DNA of 64,000 nt from Vulcanimicrobiota bacterium (GTDB lineage Bacteria > Vulcanimicrobiota > Xenobia > Xenobiales > QWHO01): NCBI GenBank assembly GCA_039809865.1, contig JBDHVW010000039.1:1758-65757 (forward strand). Direction: 5' to 3'. Each line of letters starts with the position of its first letter. Position 1 is the first letter of the stretch. The notes beneath the pieces are model-generated. The model did no database searches. It had not been told where the DNA came from and saw only the letters and a program-made list of their open reading frames with translations. A program made the position numbers and the translations under genes. Shown piece by piece: positions 27,932-36,965 of this stretch.

Positions 27932-29923
27932 ATGCAGCTCCAACCACTGAACTCGATCCAGGCCACCCGACCGGCGGCGGCTGCCTACCTGCACCGCTCC
28001 GAGCCGGATTCCGTGGCCACGCCCACCGAGAGCTTCGCTCCCGGCTCGGCCGCGCCCGAGACGAAGGTCGAGCCATCCGCGCTGGCTGCGCTCGAGCTCA
28101 AGACCTACGTGCCGCGCGACGGCGGCTACCAGGAAGTGAGCCAGTATCCCGCCCTGGACGATTTGCAGCGGCCCACCATGACCCGCAACGCCAGCGGCGA
28201 GGCCGTCTTCCTCTTCCGCAGCGAGGAGGGTTTACGGTCGGTCACGTCCGGCGGCAGGCTCAATTTCACCCACCCTCTCCAGGGCAAGTTCGGCGGGTTC
28301 ACGGTTCGGCCCGATGGCGGTCTCTTCGTGAAGGACGGAGCCACCGTCGTGGCGCTCGACGCCAGCGGCCAGGTCGAGGCGACGCACCCGGTTCCCGAGG
28401 CCAGCAGCTTGCTGATGAGCAGTAACGGCACCGCCTACATCTCCAGCGACAAGGCTCTGCAGAAGCTGGGCGGAGGCCCCGAGCTGCCCCTGGGCGGCGC
28501 CGCCGGCCACGTGGCCGAGCTCCGCTCGGGCCACACCGTCGTGACCGAATGGCAGCAGGGCATTTTGCGCGTTTTCGACCCGGAGGGCAAAGAGGTCAAG
28601 GCCACTCCATCCCGCATCTCCAGCGTGTCCTTGAGCCCCGCGGGCAGGCTGGTCTACGAGGCCGACCAGAGTGTGCACACCTATGACGTCAACACCGGTC
28701 ACGAGACCAGCTTCCACGTGGGCTCCCTGGTTAAACAGCTGTTGCCGCTCGCGGGCGGCAAGCTGGCCCTGCTGACCGAGAAAGACCTGACGCGGGGCGA
28801 TCTGAGCATCCGGAACGCGGATGGCAGCGAGGACAGGTCCTTCGCCATCAAGGACGGCTGCTTGATGGACCTGCAGGAGGCGCCCGACGGGAAGTCGCTG
28901 CTGGGCACCATCAACCGCTGGGATCGCAAGCCGATGAGCACCGACCTGGTGCGCTTCGACCTGGAGGAGCAGGGCCTGGGCGCGCGCCTGGGCGAGCTGC
29001 TCAAGAACCAGCACGGTCAGACCGTGATTCACACCGTGCCCGAGCGCGAGGGCCTGGTGGCGGGGGTCCTGCCCGAGGGCGGCGTGGTGGTGGTGGACAA
29101 GCGCGGGGCGACGGTGGACGGCCAGTTCGTGGGCGATCAACCAGCGCTCGAGGCGCGCCTGGGCAAGGCCGCCCGCCTCCACACCACCGAGAACCTGCTC
29201 GCTCCGGTCCCGCAAGACCTCGATGCCCGCTTCCGGCGCGAGCTGCCGATCCGGCAGTCCGTCGAGCTGGGCAAGTTCTATCGTCAGCAGGGAGCGACGC
29301 GCGCCGGCACGGCTCTCGAGTTTCCGGGCGAGCAGCTCGACCGGCTCCCCGGCCAGGACTGGTCGGGTCAGGGACAGGCGGCCATGGTGAAGGCCCTCCT
29401 GTCCGTGGACGACGATCACGCCCTGAAAGAAGGCATTTTGCCCTTCGGGGGGCCGGGCGGCGCCCTCGTCCGCACCTCGGCGCATGAGCTCACGATCGAG
29501 CTGCCGCTGGGCGACGGCAAGTTTCGCAGCACCACGCTGGTGTGCGAGTGGGAGGACTTCGGCGGCGGGACCCACTGGGAGGAGAGCTGGACGCACGCGC
29601 TGCCCATCCAGGTCGGCGGCCGCCACTATCTGTGCGCCGCCAACGACAAAAAGCAGGTCTTTTTCTTCGAGCTCGACTCGCCCCGGAACGAGCTCAAGCA
29701 CATCAACCTCGAGGCCCAGGTGCGCTCGATGTCCCTGAAAGGGGGGCAGGCGGTGGTGACCACGGAAGACGGCACCACACTGGTGCTCAAGCCGCCTCAG
29801 GCGGCGGGCGAGCAGGTCTACGAGGGAGAGCCGCCCACGCCCGAGGCCGGTGCCACGCGCATCATCGAGAGCAACCAGCGCGTCCAGATCGGCGGCATCA
29901 TGGTGCGCAAGAAGGCCACCTAG
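27932..29923 (+). CDS. Hypothetical 663-aa protein (probably beta-rich/propeller-like), no signal peptide
   Basis: Long ORF with periodic ..DG.....D.SG.. strand-like segments. N-terminus MQLQPLNSIQATRPAAAAYLHR. C-terminus RVQIGGIMVRKKAT. Confidence 0.65.
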   Translation: MQLQPLNSIQATRPAAAAYLHRSEPDSVATPTESFAPGSAAPETKVEPSALAALELKTYVPRDGGYQEVSQYPALDDLQRPTMTRNASGEAVFLFRSEEGLRSVTSGGRLNFTHPLQGKFGGFTVRPDGGLFVKDGATVVALDASGQVEATHPVPEASSLLMSSNGTAYISSDKALQKLGGGPELPLGGAAGHVAELRSGHTVVTEWQQGILRVFDPEGKEVKATPSRISSVSLSPAGRLVYEADQSVHTYDVNTGHETSFHVGSLVKQLLPLAGGKLALLTEKDLTRGDLSIRNADGSEDRSFAIKDGCLMDLQEAPDGKSLLGTINRWDRKPMSTDLVRFDLEEQGLGARLGELLKNQHGQTVIHTVPEREGLVAGVLPEGGVVVVDKRGATVDGQFVGDQPALEARLGKAARLHTTENLLAPVPQDLDARFRRELPIRQSVELGKFYRQQGATRAGTALEFPGEQLDRLPGQDWSGQGQAAMVKALLSVDDDHALKEGILPFGGPGGALVRTSAHELTIELPLGDGKFRSTTLVCEWEDFGGGTHWEESWTHALPIQVGGRHYLCAANDKKQVFFFELDSPRNELKHINLEAQVRSMSLKGGQAVVTTEDGTTLVLKPPQAAGEQVYEGEPPTPEAGATRIIESNQRVQIGGIMVRKKAT

Positions 29924-32889
29924 AGCGTTTGCAGCAGCGAGGCTGTCGGCAAAGCCGAGGCCAGCACGATGAAGCCGACCACGACGCCCATCACGAGCAG
30001 GATGATCGGCTCGAGCATGGAGGCCAGGTCCATCAGGGCCAGTTGCACGTCGTCATCGTAGACACTGGCGACCCGCCGGATCATCTCGGAGAGCTGGGCG
30101 GACTCCTCGCCGACAGCGATCATCTGGATGGCGCCGTGAGGGAAGACGCCGTGGGCCGCGAGACAATCGGCCGCGGTGTCGCCCTCCACCAGCAAGCCGC
30201 GGGCCATTTTGAGGCGCCAGGCGACCTCGGCGTTGCCGGCCACGCTCTCGCATTTCTCGAGGCAGGTGGTGAAGGGGATTCCGGCGTCCAGCAAGCTGGC
30301 CAGCGAGAACAGCACGCGCGCCGTCACGACTTTCTCGACCAGGTTGCCGAAGTAGGGAATGCGCAGAATGAAGCGGTCGAGCGCGCGCCTGCGGGTGGGA
30401 GTGGAGAAGAGGCGCCGCAGCCAGGGCGAGAGGATCCACAGCAGCGGGGGAGTGAGGAGCACCACCGCGACGAGATAGGGATTGCGCCCCACATCCGAAA
30501 TCCAGACCAGCACCTTCGTCGGCCAGGGCAGCTCGACGCCCATCGAAGTGAACATGGGCGTGAACATCGGCAGCACGACCCAGATGAAGACCCCGATGCA
30601 GAGGAGCGAGACGATCAGCACCACCATCGGATAGGTGATAGCCGCCTGCACGCGCTGGCGCAGCTTCTGGTTGCGCTCGCAAAGCTCGGCCAGCTTGGAC
30701 AGGATGCTGACCAGGAGGCCCGTCGTCTCGCCCGCGTTGATCAGGCCCGAGTAGACTTCGGGGAAGACGCCCGGATAGTTGCGCATGGCCGCGGAGAGCG
30801 AGGAGCCCTGACTGACCTTGGTGGCCACGTCCTCGATGACCTCGCCGAGACCGCTCTCGGTGTGGCTCTCGGCGTAGAAGTGCAGAGCCTGATGTAGTTG
30901 CAGGCCGGCGTTGACCATGGCCGAGAACTGGCGGGTGAAGATGACCACGTCGTTAGGCTCGACGCGTGCGCGGCGATCCCACAGCTTGCGGATGCGTTTG
31001 CCGAACGTCTCGGACGTGGCGACGGGAATCAGCGCCTGGCCACGGTGGCTGCGCGGCGAAGCGGGGGCAATGGGAGCCGGGCGGTGAACAACCTCGCGGG
31101 GGACGCTGACCGGAGTGTCGCGCACGGGCACGGTGTGCGAGGGCTGGGCCACCGGGGGCGGCGTAGGATAGGCTCCGGCATCACGGGTTGACTCCACCCG
31201 GGCGCCGGGCGCGCGCTCCAGGGCCAGGCGGGACTCGGGCTCGACCCTGGCGGCGGGCGCGATCTCGACGGGACGATCGCGCTCGAGGGGCAGGGCGCGG
31301 GCCTGCCGGATCCCTTCGGCTTTCTCCAGCTCCAGGCGGGGCGCGGGCTCGACCGGCGGGGGCCACACTTGCGTGGCGCTCGGGATGATAATGGGTGGCG
31401 TGCGCGGGGGAGCGTGCGTGGACTCCACCTCGGGAGGAAGCGGCGGCACGATTTCTGGCGAGAACGTCTCGCTCACCGGGGGCGGCCAGACCTGACCCGA
31501 GTCGACCCAGGGCTCGGCGGCGCCGAGCAGCTGCTCCTGCTCCAAGCTCAGCCCGGCCGGATCGAACAGCGGCTTGGGCGCCTCCCCCTCCACTGGAGCG
31601 CCCATCAGGGCCGCCTCGGCGGGCGGCTTCTCCTCGCGCTGGACGTCCTTGAGCAGCCGTCGAGCCAGCGCCAGCGGGTCCGATTTTTCCTCGCGCTCGG
31701 CGTCATGAAGGAGGCGCCGGGCCAGGGCCATGGGGTCAGCTTTCTCCTCGGAAGCGGCCTCTTGCAGCAGCTTGCGAGCCAGCTCGCTGGGATCGGCCTT
31801 CTCGCGGGCCGACGGCAGCTCCAGGCGGGGCTGATCGGGCTCGTTGGCGGGGGCCTCTTGCTTGAGACGGATCTGCGGCAGCTCGAGGCGCGGCAGGTCG
31901 GGCTCGAGCGACAGGGCCGGAGCCTCGGGAGCCGGACGAGGGAGAAGCGCGAGCGTCTCGGGCTCGGGGACCGTCGGGATGGCACCCCACTCGGGCGGCA
32001 GGGTCGGCAACTCGGCCGCGGGCGCCTCTTCTCGTGCCGTGACCGGAGGCAGGGTGGGCAGGGCCGAGGCGGGCAACAGCGGGGTGGACTGGTCCGGGGC
32101 CCAGGTGGGGTCGGGCATCGCAGCCGCTTCGAACGGATCGCTCAAGGTGGGCAGCGAGGGCAGAAGAGAGGCCTCGGGCTCGGGCCGCAGCGGGGTGGAC
32201 TGGTCGGGGCTCCACGGGGCCAGCTCGGGAGGGAGGGAGAGCGGAGGCAGCTCGGGCAGCGCCTCCAGGGCGGGGATCTCTGGCGAGGGCGCAGCGATGG
32301 GCTCGGGCTGAAGGGGAGCCGCCTGATCGGGCGTCCATCGCTCCTGGGCCACGGGGGCTTCCGTTTCGGGCGCCCACTCCTCCTCCGGGGGGGCAGGAAA
32401 CAGGGGCGTGCCTTGATCCGGCTTCCACAGCTCCGCAGCGGCGGCGTCGGGAACCGTGGGAAGGTTCAGCCAGCCATAGTCCTCCACGGGGGGCGGGGGT
32501 GGCGGCGGCAGTCCGACAGGAGCTTTCTCGCGCCGGGAAGCCTCCTCGACCTCCAAGAGCTGGCTGGCGACCGCGAGGCGATCGGCTGTGTCTCCCTCGG
32601 CGGACATCGTGCCCAGCAAACGGATGGCCAGATCGAGCGGGTTGTCCTCGCGCGAGGGGGCTTCGGCCTCTTCCTCGACGCGGGCCTTGAACATGAGCTG
32701 CATGGCCAGCTCCAGGGGGCTCTCGTCGCCCGGCACGGGCAAGACGGGCAACGGCCCCAGCTCGACGTTGGCGAACTCCTCCCCGCGGGCCTGGTCGATC
32801 AGGCGGCGCGCCAGAGCCAGCGGGTCCGTATCTTCCGAAGAGCCCGCCGGGGGGTCGGGGTCGCCTGGATGGGCTGGCGGGAAGGCCAT
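29920..32889 (-). CDS. Type II secretion / type IV pilus platform protein (GspF/PilC family) with a ~640-aa Pro-rich N-terminal extension
   Basis: The C-terminal ~345 aa has two T2SSF repeats (FTRQFSAMVNAGLQLHQAL..; FSLASLLDAGIPFTTCLEKC..) and TM helices. The N-terminal part carries DPxxLARRLL and WxPDQxTPL repeats, with synonymous codon differences between copies. Confidence 0.8.
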   Translation of the reverse strand: MAFPPAHPGDPDPPAGSSEDTDPLALARRLIDQARGEEFANVELGPLPVLPVPGDESPLELAMQLMFKARVEEEAEAPSREDNPLDLAIRLLGTMSAEGDTADRLAVASQLLEVEEASRREKAPVGLPPPPPPPVEDYGWLNLPTVPDAAAAELWKPDQGTPLFPAPPEEEWAPETEAPVAQERWTPDQAAPLQPEPIAAPSPEIPALEALPELPPLSLPPELAPWSPDQSTPLRPEPEASLLPSLPTLSDPFEAAAMPDPTWAPDQSTPLLPASALPTLPPVTAREEAPAAELPTLPPEWGAIPTVPEPETLALLPRPAPEAPALSLEPDLPRLELPQIRLKQEAPANEPDQPRLELPSAREKADPSELARKLLQEAASEEKADPMALARRLLHDAEREEKSDPLALARRLLKDVQREEKPPAEAALMGAPVEGEAPKPLFDPAGLSLEQEQLLGAAEPWVDSGQVWPPPVSETFSPEIVPPLPPEVESTHAPPRTPPIIIPSATQVWPPPVEPAPRLELEKAEGIRQARALPLERDRPVEIAPAARVEPESRLALERAPGARVESTRDAGAYPTPPPVAQPSHTVPVRDTPVSVPREVVHRPAPIAPASPRSHRGQALIPVATSETFGKRIRKLWDRRARVEPNDVVIFTRQFSAMVNAGLQLHQALHFYAESHTESGLGEVIEDVATKVSQGSSLSAAMRNYPGVFPEVYSGLINAGETTGLLVSILSKLAELCERNQKLRQRVQAAITYPMVVLIVSLLCIGVFIWVVLPMFTPMFTSMGVELPWPTKVLVWISDVGRNPYLVAVVLLTPPLLWILSPWLRRLFSTPTRRRALDRFILRIPYFGNLVEKVVTARVLFSLASLLDAGIPFTTCLEKCESVAGNAEVAWRLKMARGLLVEGDTAADCLAAHGVFPHGAIQMIAVGEESAQLSEMIRRVASVYDDDVQLALMDLASMLEPIILLVMGVVVGFIVLASALPTASLLQTL

Positions 32890-32912
32890 CCGAAAAGTTT
32901 AGTCCGAAACCC

Positions 32913-34442
32913 TCATGTTCCCTGCCTCAGAGAGTCGAGAATGGACCGCGTAGCCCGAAAAGCGAGGGCTGCCAGCGTGAGCGTGGGCGGACAGGACCCG
33001 CCGGTCGGGAAGACCGAGGTTCCGACCAGCCACAGGTTGGCGTGGTCGTGACTGCGCAGATGGGGATCCACCACGGAGGCGCGCGGATCAGTCCCCATCC
33101 GGCAGGTTCCCAGGATATGCGCCGGATCGGTGCTCTGCTCGACGTGATTGACCATGGTGGCCCCGCACCGGTCGAAGAGCCGGGCGTGCACCAGCACGGC
33201 CTCGTCCATCCCGGCCCGGGCATAGTCGCCCCAGCGAAAATGGATGCGGGGTCGGGGTAAGCCGTGAACATCGCTCAGCTCTCCCAGAGTGACGCGGTTG
33301 TCACGGTCGGGCAACTGTTCGCAGCTCGAGACCAGCAGCAGCTGCCGGGCCGCGTGGTCGCGCAGGGCCTGTTGCAGAGCCGTGCCCCGTAATCCCTGGG
33401 CGATCAGCTTCTCGGCCCGGAGGGTGGGGGGCTCGGGCCAGCCATCGTTGCCGATGGAGGTCAGAAAGCCCGCTCGGCGGGCGCGGAACTCGCCGTCGCG
33501 GAAAGCCGTGATGCCGGACACGACCTGAGGAGAGCGGAAGGGATAGACCGGACGGGCAGCGAGCGCCCAGCTGATCTGGCCCAGGGCGCCCATCAGGTAG
33601 CGCCCCACGGTGGGATTGGCAAGGCCGGAGAGCATGAGCAAGCGGGGCGTTTCGATGGCGTGGGCCGCCAGCACGTAAGAGCGCGCTGCCACCCGGGAGC
33701 CGTCGGCCAGGCGCAGCGCCGCGATGCGGCCGTCGGCAGCCTCCAGCCGGGTCACCAGCGCGTCGGGCCTGATCTCGCAACCCGCCTTCTCGGCCAGCGT
33801 CAGGTGCACGGTGGCGTCGTACTTGGCTCCGTTCGGGCAGATCGGGACGCAGGTGGCGCTGCCGCAGCAGGCCGGGCGACCGGCATACGGCAGCGAATTG
33901 CGCGCCGCCGGCAGCACCTCGATGGGGTAGCGCTCCGCTTCGGCCAGGGTGCGCTCGAGGTAGGTCATGGGGAGCCCCGGCATGGGATAGGGCGTGCTGC
34001 GGGGCGAGCCGCAGTCGCCCGCGCCCGCCACCCCCAGGGCCGCCTCGGCCCGGCCGTAGTCGGCTTCCAGAGCGGAGTAGGGGAGGGGCCAATCCACGCC
34101 GACCCCGTAGCGTCGGTGGAGCTCGAAATCGGCCGGCAGGAAGCGCATGGCGGTGCCCAGCCAGTGCCAGGTGGTCCCGCCCAGGAGGCGCAGATAGGTG
34201 CCGGTAAACACGTCCGGCCCGGCCTGCAGGTAGTGGCGCGCGTAGTCGCCCACGGCCACGGGGTCGACCGGGTAGGGCGCGTCCAGCCCGCCGTGGGGTG
34301 CGCGCCGGTAGCGCTGTAAGGCCTGCTCACGGGTCAGGCGCGGGCCGCCCTCCAGTACCACAACTTTCAGCCCCGCCTCGGCCAGCTGCCAGGCGGTGAG
34401 GGCCCCCGCCACCCCCGAGCCCACGATGGCCACGTCATGCAC
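32913..34442 (-). CDS. GMC-family FAD-dependent oxidoreductase (gluconate 2-dehydrogenase flavoprotein-like)
   Basis: N-terminal FAD fold DVAIVGSGVAGALTAWQLAEAGLKVVVLEGG, and the C-terminal GMC signature ..HILGTCRMG..VVD...R.HD..NLWLVGTSVFPT. Confidence 0.85.
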   Translation of the reverse strand: MHDVAIVGSGVAGALTAWQLAEAGLKVVVLEGGPRLTREQALQRYRRAPHGGLDAPYPVDPVAVGDYARHYLQAGPDVFTGTYLRLLGGTTWHWLGTAMRFLPADFELHRRYGVGVDWPLPYSALEADYGRAEAALGVAGAGDCGSPRSTPYPMPGLPMTYLERTLAEAERYPIEVLPAARNSLPYAGRPACCGSATCVPICPNGAKYDATVHLTLAEKAGCEIRPDALVTRLEAADGRIAALRLADGSRVAARSYVLAAHAIETPRLLMLSGLANPTVGRYLMGALGQISWALAARPVYPFRSPQVVSGITAFRDGEFRARRAGFLTSIGNDGWPEPPTLRAEKLIAQGLRGTALQQALRDHAARQLLLVSSCEQLPDRDNRVTLGELSDVHGLPRPRIHFRWGDYARAGMDEAVLVHARLFDRCGATMVNHVEQSTDPAHILGTCRMGTDPRASVVDPHLRSHDHANLWLVGTSVFPTGGSCPPTLTLAALAFRATRSILDSLRQGT

Positions 34443-34728
34443 CAGGGGGATCCTCCCAGCGGGGACGCTCGTGGGGGCAATCCGTCGGACGCACGCTCCA
34501 CTCCAGCACGTTCCAGGTCAGTTGCGGATAGAAGGCGCGGTAGATGGCCGCCTCGTCGGCTCCCGAGCGCCAGAGCTGCTCGCTGAGCACCGGGTCGAGC
34601 CAGGCCTCGGGCACCTCGAGCGAGGCGGCCCAGCGCTGCCGGAATGCCGCCAGGCCGGGCTGGGCTCCCAGGGCCGGCGACAGGAGCAGGGCCAGCAGTC
34701 CCCCCAGAAAATCGCGACGCGGTAGCAT
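34435..34728 (-). CDS. Gluconate 2-dehydrogenase subunit 3-like small subunit with a twin-arginine signal
   Basis: ATG 34728 gives MLPRRDFLGGLLALLLSPALGA, a Tat signal. The gene overlaps the start of the GMC gene. The track start at 34929 would read through a non-coding 36-nt repeat. Confidence 0.7.
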   Translation of the reverse strand: MLPRRDFLGGLLALLLSPALGAQPGLAAFRQRWAASLEVPEAWLDPVLSEQLWRSGADEAAIYRAFYPQLTWNVLEWSVRPTDCPHERPRWEDPPGA

Positions 34729-34777
34729 AAAAGCGCAAGTTCGCGTTGGGAGAGGAGTTTCCCGGCGTTGGGCAAAC

Positions 34778-34909
34778 AGAGCGCCGTCGTAAGACGGTGC
34801 GACCTTTTCGGGTTTGGCGCCGTCGTAAGACGGTGCGACCTTTTCGGGTTTGGCGCCGTCGTAAGACGGTGCGACCTTTTCGGGCTTGGCGCCGTCGTAA
34901 GACGGGGCG
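34778..34909. repeat. 36-nt tandem repeat, ~3.6 copies, in a divergent intergenic region
   Basis: GCGCC unit starts at 34781, 34817, 34853 and 34889. The unit is gcgccgtcgtaagacggtgcgaccttttcgggtttg and contains a CCGTC-GTAA-GACGG hairpin (GNRA-type loop) followed by a T-rich tract. Confidence 0.9.
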
Positions 34910-34949
34910 GGGGTTGGCCGTTTCGACACCAGTCAGGAGGGTATCGTTC

Positions 34950-36011
34950 ATGTACCGAATCGCTGTGATCGCGGGGGATGGAATCGGGCCGGAGGTGGTC
35001 GAGCAAGGCTTGCGCGTGCTCGACAGCTCCTCGCGTCAGTGGGGGTTCGAGCTGAACTTGACGCGCTTCCCGTTTGGAGCCGACCATTACCTCGCCACGG
35101 GCGAGTTGCTCCCGGACAAGACGCTCGAGGAGATCCGCAACTACGACGCGGTCTACCTCGGCGCCATCGGAGACCCGCGCGTGGAGCGCGGCGTGCTCGA
35201 GCGCGGCATCATCGGACGGCTGCGCTGGGACCTCGACATGTACATCAATCTGCGTCCCATCCGCCTCTACTCCGAGCTGGTCTGCCCGCTCAAGGACAAG
35301 TCCCCGCGCGACGTCGACATGGTCGTGGTGCGCGAGAACACCGAAGACGCCTACATGGGCCTGGGCGGGTTCTTCAAGAAGGGCACGCCCGACGAGGTGG
35401 CTACCTGTGAGGCCATCTACACGCGGCGCGGCACCGAGCGCGTCATCCGTTATGCTTTCGAGCTGGCCCGCACCCGTCCGCGCAAGCACCTGACGATGGT
35501 CGACAAGGCCAACGCCGTGGTGGCCCATGACCTGTGGCGCCGCACGTTCGAGGAGGTTGGCCGCGACTTTCCCGACGTCACCACCGCCACCGCCTACGTG
35601 GATGCCTGCGCGATGTGGATGATCAAGAATCCCGAGTGGCTGGACGTGGTGGTGACCACCAACATGTTCGGCGACATCCTGACCGACCTGGGCGCGATGA
35701 TCCAGGGCGGGCTGGGGCTGGCCGCCTCGGGCAACCTGCATCCCGGGCAGGTTTCTCTGTTCGAGCCGATTCACGGCTCGGCCCCGCGCTACGCGGGCCA
35801 GGGCAAGGCCAATCCGCTGGCCGCCATCCTGGCGGTGGCGATGATGCTCGACTTCCTGGGCGAGAAGAAGGCCGCTCAGCACATCGAGGGCGCCGTGGAA
35901 TCGCTCTTCCAGGAGGGCACCCTGACCGACCTTTCCACTTCCAGCGGACGCTCGACCGCCGAATACGGCGAGCTGGTGCTGGGCAAGATGAACGAGACTG
36001 CGAAGGTGTAA
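34950..36011 (+). CDS. Isopropylmalate/tartrate dehydrogenase family (beta-decarboxylating dehydrogenase)
   Basis: [16 protein letters not shown].., [13 protein letters not shown] and NMFGDILTD family motifs. SD AGGAGG lies 9 nt upstream of ATG 34950. Confidence 0.8.
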   Translation: MYRIAVIAGDGIGPEVVEQGLRVLDSSSRQWGFELNLTRFPFGADHYLATGELLPDKTLEEIRNYDAVYLGAIGDPRVERGVLERGIIGRLRWDLDMYINLRPIRLYSELVCPLKDKSPRDVDMVVVRENTEDAYMGLGGFFKKGTPDEVATCEAIYTRRGTERVIRYAFELARTRPRKHLTMVDKANAVVAHDLWRRTFEEVGRDFPDVTTATAYVDACAMWMIKNPEWLDVVVTTNMFGDILTDLGAMIQGGLGLAASGNLHPGQVSLFEPIHGSAPRYAGQGKANPLAAILAVAMMLDFLGEKKAAQHIEGAVESLFQEGTLTDLSTSSGRSTAEYGELVLGKMNETAKV

Positions 36012-36051
36012 CTTCGGTCTGCGCGCAGCCAGACGAGGTTCAGGAGGATAT

Positions 36052-36963
36052 ATGGCAACTGCGACTGTCAACAGCATCAAGACGATTGGAGTCGTCGGCT
36101 CGGGCACGATGGGCGCGGGGATCGCGCAGATCGCCGCTCAGGCTGGCTACACGGTCGTGATGAACGACGTGGAGACTTCCTTCCTCGAGCGCGCGATCAA
36201 GACGATCCAGGGCTCGCTGCAGAAGTTCCACGAGAAAGGGAAGCTCTCGGCCGAGGACCTCAAGGCCACCCTGGACCGCCTGACCCACAGCGTGGACATC
36301 ACCCAGGTCGCCCAGGCCGACCTCGTCATCGAGGCGATCACCGAGAAGATCGAGGCCAAGAAGGACCTGTTCGGCCGCCTGGACGAGCTCTGCCCGGCCC
36401 ACACGATCCTGGCCACCAACACGTCGTCGCTCTCGGTGACCGAGATGGCGCGCTCCACGAAGCGTCCCGACAAGGTCGTGGGCATGCACTTTTTCAACCC
36501 GCCCGCGCTGATGAAGCTGGTGGAGGTCGTGCGCACGCCGCTGACCTCCGAGGAAAGCTTCGCCACCGCCTGGGAAGTGGCCCTGAAGCTCGGCAAGTCG
36601 CCGGTCGAGGCGCGCGACACGCCCGGCTTCCTCTTCAACCGCCTGATCATCCCGTATCTGAACGAGGCCACCTGGGCGCTCTATGAGGGAGTCGGCAGCG
36701 TGGAGGACATCGACGCGGCCATGAAGCTGGGAGGCAACATGCCCATCGGCCCGCTGGCTCTGCTCGACATGATCGGCACCGACGTGCAGCTCCTGGCCTG
36801 CGAGGGGCTCCTCGCCGAGCTGGGCAACCCGAAGTTCGAGCCCTGTCCGCTCAACCGCGCCATGGTGCGCGCGGGCTATCTGGGCCGGAAGACGGGCAAA
36901 GGTTTTTATGACTACTCGGTCGATCCGCCCAGGGGGATCGATATGTCGGTTTTCAGGAGGTAA
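36052..36963 (+). CDS. hbd: 3-hydroxybutyryl-CoA (3-hydroxyacyl-CoA) dehydrogenase
   Basis: Rossmann motif IGVVGSGTMGAGIAQ, plus MHFFNPP and GFLFNRL motifs. Confidence 0.9.
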   Translation: MATATVNSIKTIGVVGSGTMGAGIAQIAAQAGYTVVMNDVETSFLERAIKTIQGSLQKFHEKGKLSAEDLKATLDRLTHSVDITQVAQADLVIEAITEKIEAKKDLFGRLDELCPAHTILATNTSSLSVTEMARSTKRPDKVVGMHFFNPPALMKLVEVVRTPLTSEESFATAWEVALKLGKSPVEARDTPGFLFNRLIIPYLNEATWALYEGVGSVEDIDAAMKLGGNMPIGPLALLDMIGTDVQLLACEGLLAELGNPKFEPCPLNRAMVRAGYLGRKTGKGFYDYSVDPPRGIDMSVFRR

Positions 36964-36965
36964 CC

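Noticed and set aside
34778-34909. Possible CRISPR array (regular 36-nt repeats). The heptamer arrays were considered as CRISPR-like for the same reason.
   Set aside because: The repeats are directly adjacent with no unique spacers. There are only ~3.6 copies and no cas genes, and the heptamers are far too short. These are tandem repeats, not CRISPR.
34729-34929. N-terminal extension of the Tat-signal subunit ORF encoding (APSYDGAKPEKV)x3.5.
   Set aside because: A twin-arginine signal (MLPRRDFLGG) must sit near the N-terminus. The upstream part is a near-perfect 36-nt DNA tandem repeat in an intergenic position, so it is treated as non-coding.
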